47,559 nucleotides of DNA, from contig JAYQLI010000021.1 of the NCBI GenBank assembly GCA_038143065.1, forward strand, positions 1 through 47,559, read 5' to 3'. Source of the DNA: Rhodospirillales bacterium. GTDB lineage: Bacteria; Pseudomonadota; Alphaproteobacteria; Bin95. A model generated the notes under the pieces. It did not search any database. It was not told the DNA's origin and saw nothing but the letters and a program-made list of their open reading frames with translations. This document shows, one piece after another, positions 1 to 9,417 of the stretch. Within the stretch, counting starts at the first letter, position 1; every line of letters begins with the position of its first letter. Made by a program: the position numbers and the translations under genes.

Positions 1-1
1 C

Positions 2-394
2 GAAAAAGCACATGAAAATGACCGGCTCGGCCAATTGGTCAAAAGCCGCGAAGACAGTTTCTTGAATATTGTTTACGGGCTGGCCGCCGCTATGGTGGTC
101 GCGGACGGGCAGGTCGCGCAAAGCGAAATTGATATGGCCGAAAAGCTCGGCGCGCGGCTCATTTCCAATTTTGACAACCAAGCTTTTTTGAAAGTGGTCA
201 AAGGTCATAAGCAATTGCCGCGCTTCAACGATATGGTCGATGCGGTGGCGCCGCTTTTGCCTTTGGAAGCGAAAGCGGAAATTTTTGATTATTTACAAGC
301 CATAGCGACATCGGACGGGCAAATCTCGCCCGATGAGCGTCATTATATTCACCATGTCGAGGTTCAATTCGGCCTCGATAAATTAAACGGCTGA
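2..394 (+). CDS. TerB-family (tellurite resistance/co-chaperone-like) domain protein, 5' end outside the window
   Basis: Frame is open from base 2. It has two TerB-type repeats, 'MVVADGQVAQSEI' and 'IATSDGQISPDERHYI'. Confidence 0.75.
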   Translation, partial: EKAHENDRLGQLVKSREDSFLNIVYGLAAAMVVADGQVAQSEIDMAEKLGARLISNFDNQAFLKVVKGHKQLPRFNDMVDAVAPLLPLEAKAEIFDYLQAIATSDGQISPDERHYIHHVEVQFGLDKLNG

Positions 395-1520
395 GCGCTT
401 ACAGCCCCTTTTTGCGGCTTGATGAGATATTTCTCGCCAGTTTTTTCGGCATATAGCGCGCAATATTTTTCAGGATCAATGGCTTCGGCCAAAGTCAACT
501 CATCGGTAATATGGCTGGCAAAAGTGGTTTTAATCTCATTGGCCACACGCGCCTGCAATTCGCCCATGCGCTCAAAGCCGATTTTCTGCAAAAACGGGGT
601 TAGCAGCCAGCCGCCGACCCCAATGCATGCCGTAGCTTTGCCCTAAAGTGACCGGGCCTTGCGCCAAGCGACCGTAAATATAAACCTGCTTGTGCTGGTC
701 AGAGCCATAGGTGTTGAGGCCCGACGCATTGCGGCTCAGCGCACGCTCCATGCTCGACAAAAGCGTGTCGGCCATATCACCCGCGCCAATCGCATCAAAG
801 CCCAAAGTCGCTTCGGTCTCCGCCATCGCATCGACCAATTGCGCTTTGAAATCATCATCATTGGAGTTGATGACATATTTGGCCCCCAAATCGGTGAGGA
901 TTTTCGCCTGTTCGTCAGAGCGAATGACGCAAATCAAATCAATGCCTTCTTGCAGGCACAATTTCAAAACCATTTGCCCGAGATTGACGCGGCGGCCGTG
1001 TGCACCATTGCTTTGTGGCCTTCCGCTTTCAGCGTTTCGATAAAGCCGAGCGCGGTCAACGGATTGACGTAAGAAGAGGCTGCTTCATCTGCCGTGGTGT
1101 CATCATGATGGGGCAGGCACATGAAAGCCGGTGCTTTGACGAATTGCTGATAGCACTGGCCGGAAACGAGTGAGACCATTTTGCCTTCCAAATGTTTGGC
1201 ATTGGCACCGGCAGCGACAACGCGGCCCGCCCCTCATTGCCGACCGGCAGGGTTTGGTCAAGCCGCGCGCGCATGGCATCAACAAATTGCGGCGGCACGG
1301 GAGCAACCATTTTTTGTTCATTGCCTTCGGTCACCAGCTTGCCTTTGGAATAATCGGCAAAACCCAAAAGCGGAAACATGTCCGACGGGTTGATCGGCGC
1401 AGATTCTATTTCGACAACCACCTCATCATCATTGGGGGTCGGCATGTCATTTTCGACAATTGACAAGACAAGCTCACCTTGCGCGGTGGCAGTTGATACG
1501 ATTTGGCGGTTTCCACTCAT
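364..1520 (-). CDS. MDR-family (zinc-binding/quinone oxidoreductase-like) NAD(P)H oxidoreductase, split by ~3 frameshifts
   Basis: Consecutive ORF pieces 1056..1520 ('APINPSD', 'PVGNEG'), 964..1191 ('YVNPLTALG', 'HTAAAS'), 572..973 ('GFDAIGAG', 'VYIYGRL') and 364..591 ('TGEKYLIKP'). The true stop may lie near 399. Confidence 0.8.
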
Positions 1521-1559
1521 TTTTTATTCTCCTTCAAGAAATCTAAGGCCGCATGCCGG

Positions 1560-3113
1560 TCAGATAGGGCACGGGGGTTGAGTTTGCATAGCAGCTATGG
1601 CGAGGCGCAGCCAGCTAATAAGCTTGGGACGCGTTTCGCGCGGGTCGATAATTTCATGCACTGACAGACCTTCGGCGCGCGGAAAGGGCGATTGGCTGGC
1701 CGCCAGCATATCTTCCAATTCTTTTTGCCGCGCTGCCGGGTCTTCAGCCGCCGCAATTTCGCGCGCAAAGGCAACAGCAACGCCACCTTCGACCGGCAGC
1801 GCACCGCTGGCTGCGCTGGGCCAAGACAAGACATAGCCGTCAGGGCCGAAATGCGCTTGCGCGGCAACACCGAAAGCTTTCAGCACTTGCACGCTGGCCC
1901 AGGGCACGCGGCTTTGCAATACGGCGGAAATGGCCGCCGTGCCGTGACGGATGGTGCCCGCTTGTTCGCTGTCGGGGCCAATCATAAAGCCCGGCTCATC
2001 GACAAAGCTGATAATCGGCAAATGGAAACTGTTGCAGAAATCGGCAAAGCGGCGCAGCTTTTGCGCCGCCGCTGCGGTCATGGCACCGGCATAATACATG
2101 CAATCATTACCGATAACGCCGACGCTTTCGCCATCAAGACGCGCCAAGCCGGTAATGAGGCTGGGCCCGAATTTGCGCGACATTTCAAAAAAGCTCGAAG
2201 CGTCGCCGTCGCGGTCAACCACAGCTTCAATGATTTTGCGCATTTGAAAAGGCTGGCGGCGATTGGTCGGGACAATATCGGCGAGGCTGTCTTCGCAACG
2301 ATCGGCTTTGTCTTTGCAGGGTAATTTTTCAGGATAGGCCCAGGCATTATCGGGCAGAAAAGATAAGAAGCGGCGAATTTGTGCCATCGCATCGGCTTCA
2401 TCTTCGGCCAGATTATCTATCGCACCGGAACTTAAATGCACTTGCGGGCCGCCCAATTCTTCTTTCGTCATATCATGGCCGAGCGCGCGTTTGACCACTT
2501 GCGGGCCGGCAATCAGTACGGCGGCATTTTGCGTCATCACGGTGAAATGCGAAGCGACAAGGCGTGCCGCGGGAAGACCGGCAACCGGCCCCAATGCGGC
2601 AGAAGCGACCGGCACGGCAGATAGGGTTTCGGCCAAAGGCACAAAGCGCGATTGCGAAAATACCGGCTCGCCCAAAGGGCGTCGGTTTTTCTCCTTATTG
2701 GTGCCACCGACCGAACCGCCGCCGCCCTCATGCAGGCGAATAAGCGGCACTTTATATTGCAGCGCCAATTGTTCGGTATAGACACTTTTGCGCAAGCCTG
2801 CCGGATTGGGTGAGCCGCCGCGCACGGTAAAATCCTCGCCGCCGACAATCACTTTGCGCCCGTCAATTTGCCCGAAGCCGAGGATGAAATTGGCGGGTTG
2901 GAAATCTTTGAGCTTGCCGTCATCATCATATTCGGGCACGCCTGCGCCTTCGCCGACCTCGTCAAAACTGTTTTTATCGAGCAGCGTTTCGACGCGCTCG
3001 CGAATGGTCAGGCGACCCTTTTCGTGATGCGCCTTGACCGCTTGTTTGCCGCCTTGCTGTTTGGCCAACTTGCGACGCTTTTTAATCTCGTCAATATCTT
3101 TATCCCAGCTCAT
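1560..3113 (-). CDS. Acyl-CoA carboxylase carboxyltransferase (beta) subunit
   Basis: Intact 517-aa ORF with 'GRLTIRERV', 'EDFTVRGGS', 'EELGGPQVH', 'FVDEPGFMIG' and 'IIDPRETR'. Confidence 0.92.
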   Translation of the reverse strand: MSWDKDIDEIKKRRKLAKQQGGKQAVKAHHEKGRLTIRERVETLLDKNSFDEVGEGAGVPEYDDDGKLKDFQPANFILGFGQIDGRKVIVGGEDFTVRGGSPNPAGLRKSVYTEQLALQYKVPLIRLHEGGGGSVGGTNKEKNRRPLGEPVFSQSRFVPLAETLSAVPVASAALGPVAGLPAARLVASHFTVMTQNAAVLIAGPQVVKRALGHDMTKEELGGPQVHLSSGAIDNLAEDEADAMAQIRRFLSFLPDNAWAYPEKLPCKDKADRCEDSLADIVPTNRRQPFQMRKIIEAVVDRDGDASSFFEMSRKFGPSLITGLARLDGESVGVIGNDCMYYAGAMTAAAAQKLRRFADFCNSFHLPIISFVDEPGFMIGPDSEQAGTIRHGTAAISAVLQSRVPWASVQVLKAFGVAAQAHFGPDGYVLSWPSAASGALPVEGGVAVAFAREIAAAEDPAARQKELEDMLAASQSPFPRAEGLSVHEIIDPRETRPKLISWLRLAIAAMQTQPPCPI

Positions 3114-3132
3114 GTCCTGCGTCCTCCATGCG

Positions 3133-3341
3133 CTAGTCTAATGTCGCAATCAGCTGGCCTTCGCCAATCATGTCGCCCTCGGCGACATGAATTTCCTTCA
3201 GCTTTCCTGCTTTGGGGCAACCACCGGAATTTCCATTTTCATGGATTCCAATATGACAATGACATCATCGGCAGCCAAATCGGCACCCGTCTCGGCAATG
3301 ATTTTCCAAACACTGCCGGCAATTTCACTTTTTACCTGCAT
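3133..3341 (-). CDS. Stand-alone biotin carboxyl carrier (biotinyl/lipoyl) protein, one frameshift; not in the ORF track
   Basis: Manual translation: MQVKSEIAGSVWKIIAETGADLAADDVIVILESMKMEIPVVAP / KAGKLKEIHVAEGDMIGEGQLIATLD*. It has the biotinylation motif ESMKME, and the span is one base short of a whole number of codons. Confidence 0.88.
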
Positions 3342-3449
3342 GGATTTCCTCCGACCCAGAGGCTAGCCAATCGCAATAGGGTTAGGCAAGGGCGCTGGCT
3401 TGTAAAAAAACCGCAATCTGATTAGGGTTTTGACGTTGGAGGAAACATC

Positions 3450-3638
3450 ATGTCCGAGAATAATCCCGAGCCGAAGCCGCTCGACAGCCGTATGGCATTC
3501 GTCGCCATTGCCATCATCGCTTTTATTTGGGGTGCCATATTCATCATTTTGCCCGCGGTCACCGGCAAAGCCGGTGTGGCGCAAAAAATGCAGCAAGATC
3601 TGCAACAAAGAAGCATTGATGAACGCCCTCAAAAATAA
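3450..3638 (+). CDS. Small single-TM membrane protein, hypothetical
   Basis: 62 aa, GGAGG RBS upstream, one hydrophobic helix. Confidence 0.6.
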   Translation: MSENNPEPKPLDSRMAFVAIAIIAFIWGAIFIILPAVTGKAGVAQKMQQDLQQRSIDERPQK

Positions 3639-4463
3639 TTTTACCCTATTAATTCCTTAAGCGCCGGTCTCATTTCTACGGCCATCGCCGAGGAGCTTGA
3701 CGAGCCGCTCTGGGAAGCGGGTTTTGTGACGGCGGCGTTTAGCGGCCCGGCCTATCCGGCGGCAGATGATGAAACCACTGCCGCTTTCATAAGCCCCTAT
3801 GTGATTTATCGCGGCGATATTTTTTCGGTTGGCGATGAAGGGGCGTTTCGCGCTTTGGCTTTTGCCAATGACCGTGTCGAATTGGACCTCTCGCTGGGCG
3901 CATCGCTGCCCGCCAATTCAGAAGATGATGCCGACCGCCGGGGCATGCCTGATTTGGATTTTCTGTTTGAGATTGGCCCGCAATTGATTTGGCATGCGGC
4001 GCGTCATGATTTTGGCCAATGGCAGGGTGATTTTGATGTCAAATTGCGCGCCCGCTCGGTCATTTCTCTGGGTGATTTTGACTCGCAAGGTTATTTGTTT
4101 GAGCCGACTTTTGTTTATGAATTGAAATCAAAAACACGCCGCCATTTGAACTGGCAGGCTGATTTGGAACTTTTATACGGCAATGACCGCCTCAATCGCT
4201 ATTTTTATGAAGTGTCGGAGGCGCAGGTAACTGAAACGCGCCGCGCCCATAATGCCGAAGCTGGCTTTATGGGGGCGGAAATAGGCCTCGGCCTGTCCTA
4301 TCCGGTCAATGAGAATTTGCGCCTGTTTATTGGCGGCAATATTGAGCTTTACGACGGCGCGGCCAATCAGGATAGCCCGCTATTCAAGGAAGATGTTGCC
4401 TATAGCGGCGGTATGGTTGTGGTCTATAGCTTTTATGAAAGCACCGCGCGGGCGGCGCGCTGA
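3619..4463 (+). CDS. MipA/OmpV-family outer membrane protein (frameshift in the signal-peptide region)
   Basis: ATG at 3619, then 'EPLWEAG', 'PAYPAAD', 'RRGMPDLDFLFEIGP' and 'NRYFYEV'. The main ORF is 3726..4463. Confidence 0.82.
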
Positions 4464-4465
4464 GG

Positions 4466-6583
4466 CTAATTGCCGATGGTTTTCAGCGTGAAGGTGAAAC
4501 TGACACTGGTATCCGGCTCAATATTTTGGATGCGCGAATAATCGCGGTCGAAGGAGATGGTGATGAGCGTGCAATCATCTTCATAGGTAAAAGCTGCATC
4601 GGCGCGAACCCGCTCTTGTGTCTCAAGGTTTTCTCTGAGGCGCGCGTCAAAGCGCCAATTGCGGCTCATCTGCCAACCCAATTGACCGGTCGCTTCTTCC
4701 AATTGAGACGTTGCATTTGAACGGGTCTGACCGGCCTCATAAAAACTATGGTCAAGGGCGAGGCGGAATTTTTCAAAGGCCAAAGCCATTTTGCTGTCGC
4801 TGCGCAAAAGCACGCTGCCATCATCTGTGAAACGCGCTTGCTGCGTCAGGCTCAATGCGCCGGCATAAATGGCGGCTTCGGTAATCAGTGCGGAACGCTC
4901 GTCTCCAAAGCCCGAAGGCAGGTCAAAGCTCTCATCGCTCAAATTATAGGATTGGCCGATGAAAAAGCGCGATGTCAGCCGGTCTTTATAGTTCAGCTCA
5001 TGGTCGAGGCCGATATTGACGCGGCTGGCCTCATCTTTCGGGGTCAAGGGCTGGAAAAGCTGGCTCTTGGTCAGATTGCGTGTGGTTTCTTTAATATAGG
5101 GTATGTCGTCATAATCATCAGCCGCATCGGCCAAGACAAGTTGCAGCTTCGGCGATAATGTCTGCCGGTCATTTTGGGTCATGCGCTGCAACGGATAGGA
5201 CAATGTAAAAGCGGCGCTATTGGCGCTCAGCACCTCATCAATGGCGCGCGCCTTTTCGGCAATAAGGCGCGCCTCATCACTGCTTTCATCGCCTTCTTCA
5301 ATGGTGAAATCATAGGCGTCAATGGTCAGACGGTTATCCGCCGACAGCACAATGCCACCGCGCGTTGTATGACGCCAAGACCAATCGAGCATGGATGACA
5401 GTCTTGTCTCATCAACACCTTGATCGCGCGCGCGATGGGTCAGGCTGTTGGTCATGGCCAATGCGCCTTTGAAAATCGGGCCGGCAAAATCATATTGATG
5501 CGTCAGAGACGGCAAAATTGCGCCCACGGTCGAGGATTTCTCTTCGGTCAAGGTCTCGCGAAAGTGAAATGCCTCAAGGCTGATGAAATGATTGCCGATG
5601 CGCCGCTGAGCCGACAGATTGCTGGTCAGACGTGACGCGTCGGAGATTTTATAGCGCCGGAAAAACAAATCATCGGTCGCATCTTCAAAGGCAAAACCCA
5701 GCGACCAATCGGCCAGCGCGAACTGCCCGTCACCGACAATGCCGCCGCGCAATTCTTGGTCGCTATCCGCGGCCAATTCATTTTGCGGCCGGTGCGCATA
5801 GCCGGTCAGGCGATAACTGCCATTACCGGTCAAATGACGCCATTCGCCGGTAATAAACGGGTCTTGCCGGTCGCTTATGCGCGGGGTCAGCGTCAAATCA
5901 TAATTGGGTGCAAGGTTGAAGAAGTAAGGAATATCGATAGCGGTGCCGAAATCCGACGATCCGGCAAGGCTTGGGGCCAAAAAGCCGCTGCGCTTTTCAA
6001 CCTCGGGCCCGGCATGGGCCATATAGGGCAGGTAGAAAACAGGCAGGCCATAAACCTCGAGCCGCGGGTGTCGGTAAAGGATATTTTGCTCGGCGCGATC
6101 ATAGCTGATGCGCGATGCCCTGATTTGCCAGAGCGGCGCATCATTCGGGTCGTCACATTCCGGGCAACTTGTATAGATGGCGTCTTCAAGCTCCAGCAAA
6201 GCACCGTCGCGCGCGGCACTTGCGGCCTTCATACGCCCGCTGGATTGGGTCGCCAATCGCATGTCATTGAAACGGCCTTTTTCCAATTCATTATCAATGA
6301 TTGCATTGGCGGCACTTATTTTGTCGCCATTGCTTTCGGTCAGGCTCATGGGGCCGGGGACGGTCAATTGTGCTTTTTCACGGTCATAAGTCAGCGCTTC
6401 GGTTGACAAGACGCGCCCCTGCGCGCGTGCTTCGACAATGCCGCTTGCTGAAACCAGACCATTTTCATCATCAATTGAAATTTCACCCGCATCAAGCGTG
6501 GCGGTTCCAGCCATTGCCGTCAGTGATGCGCACAAAGTCAAGGCCAGCGCGCCGATAAAACCAAAGCTCGTTTTCATGGACAA
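4466..6583 (-). CDS. lptD: LPS assembly protein LptD (OstA/Imp)
   Basis: 705 aa with a signal peptide, 'YTSCPEC', 'PVFYLPY', 'KRSGFLAP', 'IPYFFNLAPNYDLT' and C-terminal 'YEDDC...FTFTLKTIG'. Confidence 0.93.
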   Translation of the reverse strand: MSMKTSFGFIGALALTLCASLTAMAGTATLDAGEISIDDENGLVSASGIVEARAQGRVLSTEALTYDREKAQLTVPGPMSLTESNGDKISAANAIIDNELEKGRFNDMRLATQSSGRMKAASAARDGALLELEDAIYTSCPECDDPNDAPLWQIRASRISYDRAEQNILYRHPRLEVYGLPVFYLPYMAHAGPEVEKRSGFLAPSLAGSSDFGTAIDIPYFFNLAPNYDLTLTPRISDRQDPFITGEWRHLTGNGSYRLTGYAHRPQNELAADSDQELRGGIVGDGQFALADWSLGFAFEDATDDLFFRRYKISDASRLTSNLSAQRRIGNHFISLEAFHFRETLTEEKSSTVGAILPSLTHQYDFAGPIFKGALAMTNSLTHRARDQGVDETRLSSMLDWSWRHTTRGGIVLSADNRLTIDAYDFTIEEGDESSDEARLIAEKARAIDEVLSANSAAFTLSYPLQRMTQNDRQTLSPKLQLVLADAADDYDDIPYIKETTRNLTKSQLFQPLTPKDEASRVNIGLDHELNYKDRLTSRFFIGQSYNLSDESFDLPSGFGDERSALITEAAIYAGALSLTQQARFTDDGSVLLRSDSKMALAFEKFRLALDHSFYEAGQTRSNATSQLEEATGQLGWQMSRNWRFDARLRENLETQERVRADAAFTYEDDCTLITISFDRDYSRIQNIEPDTSVSFTFTLKTIGN

Positions 6584-6635
6584 ATAATAGGGGAGTTTGG
6601 GCAGGGCTGACCAGCCTGCATGTCGGGCCGATGCT

Positions 6636-7691
6636 TTATCTTAGATACTCGCGCACCCTGCCAATATGCAGCACTGAAACATAATAGGCAGGAATGAAAA
6701 TGATGAACCCTATAAAGCTCGCCATTTCATTGAGACGCGATGTCAGACCATAGCCCAACCAGAAAGCTCCAACGGCAGACAAGATTAAAATTAATAGCGT
6801 TCTGCGCGGAGAAAAGCCTGCATCCATTATTTTGTGATGCAAATGTTTGCGATCGGGTGCCAGAGGAGAACGGCCAGATATCAGCCTTCGAATTACGATG
6901 CTAGTTATGTCGGCAATCGGAATGGCAATGGCCCAAAGACACAGCGTGGCCGGTATATTCGGACTTCCCGCGAACCTCGCTGTTTCTTGGCTAGCGCCTA
7001 TCAACGCCGTTCCAATCATAAGGCCGACGAGCATAGAGCCGCTGTCTCCCAAGAAGATTTTTCTGCCATTGAATACTTGTAAATTGAATAGCAGGAAACC
7101 AGCCAAAGCGCCGGAGAACAATACTGCGAAAGTGGCATAATCAGTCGGCGTTGAGCCCACTATTAGGTTGAAACTGAGGTTGACATGGGTCAATGCGAGT
7201 AAGGCCATGCTGGCTGCCAAACCATCAATGCCGTCAATCATGTTGAATGCATTTACTGCTGTTGCGATAGCAATTATTGCCAAGGCGGTATGCAATGTTG
7301 CCAGTTCGTGGGAACCGAATATTAAAGGCAGGATTCCAATATCCGAAATTGCCAGATTTTCGCATAATACAACAATCGTGGCAGCCGCGAGATGAAATAT
7401 CAGTTTAATAGACGCCGGAACGGGCCGCCGATCATCGACTACGCCTAAAATGACAAGCATTGTCGCGGCCAAAATTGCGCTCCAAGGCGGATTATCTATA
7501 AATGCTAAAATACCGGTCAATACCACCAACCAAATAACGGGACCGCCAATTAATGGAACATCGCCCTTATGGGTTTTGCGACCAGCTGGCTTGTCAACCA
7601 ATTGCAAGCGGATGGCCAGTGGCCTTAGAGCAAACACGAGAACCGTAGCCAAAAGCGTGGCAACGATTGTGATATAAACCAAAAAAATCAT
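6636..7691 (-). CDS. wecA: Undecaprenyl-phosphate alpha-N-acetylglucosaminyl 1-phosphate transferase (WecA/MraY family)
   Basis: Multi-TM protein with 'VDKPAGRKTH', 'GVVDDRR', 'NAFNMIDGIDGLA', 'IFLGDSGS' and 'DRKHLHH'. Confidence 0.92.
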   Translation of the reverse strand: MIFLVYITIVATLLATVLVFALRPLAIRLQLVDKPAGRKTHKGDVPLIGGPVIWLVVLTGILAFIDNPPWSAILAATMLVILGVVDDRRPVPASIKLIFHLAAATIVVLCENLAISDIGILPLIFGSHELATLHTALAIIAIATAVNAFNMIDGIDGLAASMALLALTHVNLSFNLIVGSTPTDYATFAVLFSGALAGFLLFNLQVFNGRKIFLGDSGSMLVGLMIGTALIGASQETARFAGSPNIPATLCLWAIAIPIADITSIVIRRLISGRSPLAPDRKHLHHKIMDAGFSPRRTLLILILSAVGAFWLGYGLTSRLNEMASFIGFIIFIPAYYVSVLHIGRVREYLR

Positions 7692-7703
7692 CTATTTTAC
7701 CGC

Positions 7704-8852
7704 CTAATTTGGCGACTGATTTTTTCGGGCCGATAGGGCGCTGCGAAGGAGAACAAAAATCACGGCGATAAGTCCGCCCATAAGCGTGGATAAAATAACA
7801 ATTAATCTTTTGCTAGTCGTTGCTTCGAAAACCAAGGTTTCCAAATCATAATTTGCGGCTGCGAAACGATCGGTATCGGCAAGCGGGGTCTCAGTCAAAC
7901 CGGTGTCAATGTGCTCCAGGCGTTTATCGCTTTCAAGGGCGCGTTTGCGGGCCGCAAGATCTGCATAATCTGTGATGAAAGGATAGGCGGCAGCACCTTT
8001 GCCGCGCGCATCTATCAGGTCGATTTCTTTTTCCAAGGCTTTATAGCCCCGAATGTAGAGCGGTTGCTCTTGCTCTACGGCGACATTAATGCCGCTATTG
8101 ATTGAGGCGATAGCCGCCCCATTGGCATTGCCCAATTGCCGGGCAATGGCGGCTTGCTCTTTTAATTGGGCACGGTAAGCCGCTGTTCTGACTTCATAAT
8201 CGGCCAGCGCATTATCAATTTCAGTGGTTATTAAGTCCATTTCAAAGTTTAGGCTGGTCGCGATGGAGCGGCTCAAAGCGGCGATTGCGGCCAGATTGTC
8301 CATACGGATTTCGTCTGTGGCTGAAGACAGTGCCATTTCGACAATGGCCAGTGCTAGATCGCGGTCGTCTGTTTTGAAGCTGAGTATGCCTGAACCTTTC
8401 GACCCTTTATCGAGCGTGAAGCCGTAGGATTGTCCGATTTTTGCCAGTTTTTGGGTCAGTTCTTCGGTCGTGCCGTCAAAATTTCTAACAGCCGGGTCTA
8501 GGCTTTGATGGGCCAAGCCGAATATCCGACCTTGGCGTATCTTATTTCCAAAAGCGGCGAACATTTCCGTGCTCAACACCACACCGGTTTGTCCGATCAA
8601 TACCCCGCCAGCGTAAATGGGCGTTGAAATGCCTGGCGTATTATTGAGGGTCTGATAGGCCGCCATTTGCTGCTTGGTAAGCCCGGTAATCCGCAAGGAT
8701 CCCTCGAACCCGGTCGGCATTAGAAGGGCGCCAATGACCGAAATCGCCGCAAAAGCAGATGTGATTGCTGCAATAAGCCCTTTTGAATCCCAAAGGGTTT
8801 CAGCCAAGGCGATTAGGTCAATTTCGTTGTCAAATTGTTCAGAAGACATCAT
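7704..8852 (-). CDS. wzz: Polysaccharide chain-length determinant (Wzz/FepE family)
   Basis: 'EIDLIALAETLW' N-terminus, two TM helices flanking a coiled-coil periplasmic region, and 'PLYIRGYKALEKEI'. Confidence 0.88.
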   Translation of the reverse strand: MMSSEQFDNEIDLIALAETLWDSKGLIAAITSAFAAISVIGALLMPTGFEGSLRITGLTKQQMAAYQTLNNTPGISTPIYAGGVLIGQTGVVLSTEMFAAFGNKIRQGRIFGLAHQSLDPAVRNFDGTTEELTQKLAKIGQSYGFTLDKGSKGSGILSFKTDDRDLALAIVEMALSSATDEIRMDNLAAIAALSRSIATSLNFEMDLITTEIDNALADYEVRTAAYRAQLKEQAAIARQLGNANGAAIASINSGINVAVEQEQPLYIRGYKALEKEIDLIDARGKGAAAYPFITDYADLAARKRALESDKRLEHIDTGLTETPLADTDRFAAANYDLETLVFEATTSKRLIVILSTLMGGLIAVIFVLLRSALSARKNQSPN

Positions 8853-8946
8853 GCTTTCCCCACACTATTTTGCCCGTTTAGAGCAATTATGAACCCACAT
8901 CAATGAAAAATTGTTGAATCGCAAGAGCTTGACTGATTTATCAAAA

Positions 8947-8967
8947 TATGTTCAATCAATGAACATA
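8947..8967. promoter_or_regulatory. Perfect inverted repeat TATGTTCA-N5-TGAACATA, candidate MarR operator over the divergent promoter
   Basis: 8-bp arms at 8947-8954 and 8960-8967. A TTGACT -35-like hexamer lies at 8929-8934, just upstream of the MarR gene. Confidence 0.65.
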
Positions 8968-8970
8968 AGG

Positions 8971-9006
8971 CTGGCGAGGGACTGTTTCACCCGCCAGTGC
9001 GGTAGC
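8971..9006 (+). promoter_or_regulatory. Leader hairpin plus ops/JUMPstart-like element (candidate RfaH-paralog loading site)
   Basis: CTGGCG (8971-8976) pairs with CGCCAG (8992-8997), followed directly by T-GCGGTAGC (8999-9006). This resembles the ops core GGCGGTAG and lies upstream of an rfaH-like gene. Confidence 0.65.
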
Positions 9007-9024
9007 TTGGAAGTAGAAAATCAA

Positions 9025-9417
9025 ATGGCAGCAAAAAACAATCAAAACGGCAATAAGGTCAGCACTGAAGTGACGCTTCAGGTTTTGGCGCATTTGCAAG
9101 AAAATCCGCAAGACACACAGCGCGCCATTGCGGGCAAATTAGGTGTCAGTCTCGGGAGCGTGAATTATTGCATCAAAGCACTGGTCAATAAGGGATTTTT
9201 GAAGGTTGAGAACTTCCGAAAGAGCTCAAACAAATTGGGTTATGCCTATTTGTTAACGCCCTCCGGCATTCATGAAAAAGCCAATCTCACCATCTCGTTT
9301 TTGAAACGCAAGCAGCACGAATATATTGAATTGGAGGCAGAAATTGCCGCCTTGCGTGCAGAGGTTGCGAAATTGAACAAGAGGAAAACGGGCAAGCACA
9401 ATGACGCCGCAAATTGA
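9025..9417 (+). CDS. EPS-associated MarR-family transcriptional regulator
   Basis: 'TQRAIAGKLGVSLGSVNYCIKALVNKG', 'NFRKSSNKLGYAYLLTPSG' and 'FLKRKQHEY'. Likely ATG at 9025, in frame with ORF 8911..9417. Confidence 0.9.
   Translation: MAAKNNQNGNKVSTEVTLQVLAHLQENPQDTQRAIAGKLGVSLGSVNYCIKALVNKGFLKVENFRKSSNKLGYAYLLTPSGIHEKANLTISFLKRKQHEYIELEAEIAALRAEVAKLNKRKTGKHNDAAN

Noticed and set aside
2-394. TerB protein as part of a ter/defence operon
   Set aside because: No other ter or defence genes are visible and the gene is truncated by the window edge.
1692-6406. Long plus-strand ORFs (e.g. 1692..2324, 2868..3425, 5756..6406)
   Set aside because: They are antisense shadows of well-supported minus-strand genes and have no recognisable motifs.
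6601-6619. GCAGGGCTGACCAGCCTGC hairpin between wecA and lptD as a terminator
   Set aside because: The stem is imperfect and there is no U-tract on the relevant strand.
8911-9024. N-terminal extension of the MarR ORF from TTG 8911
   Set aside because: It overlaps the palindrome, hairpin and ops-like leader. ATG 9025 fits the family better.
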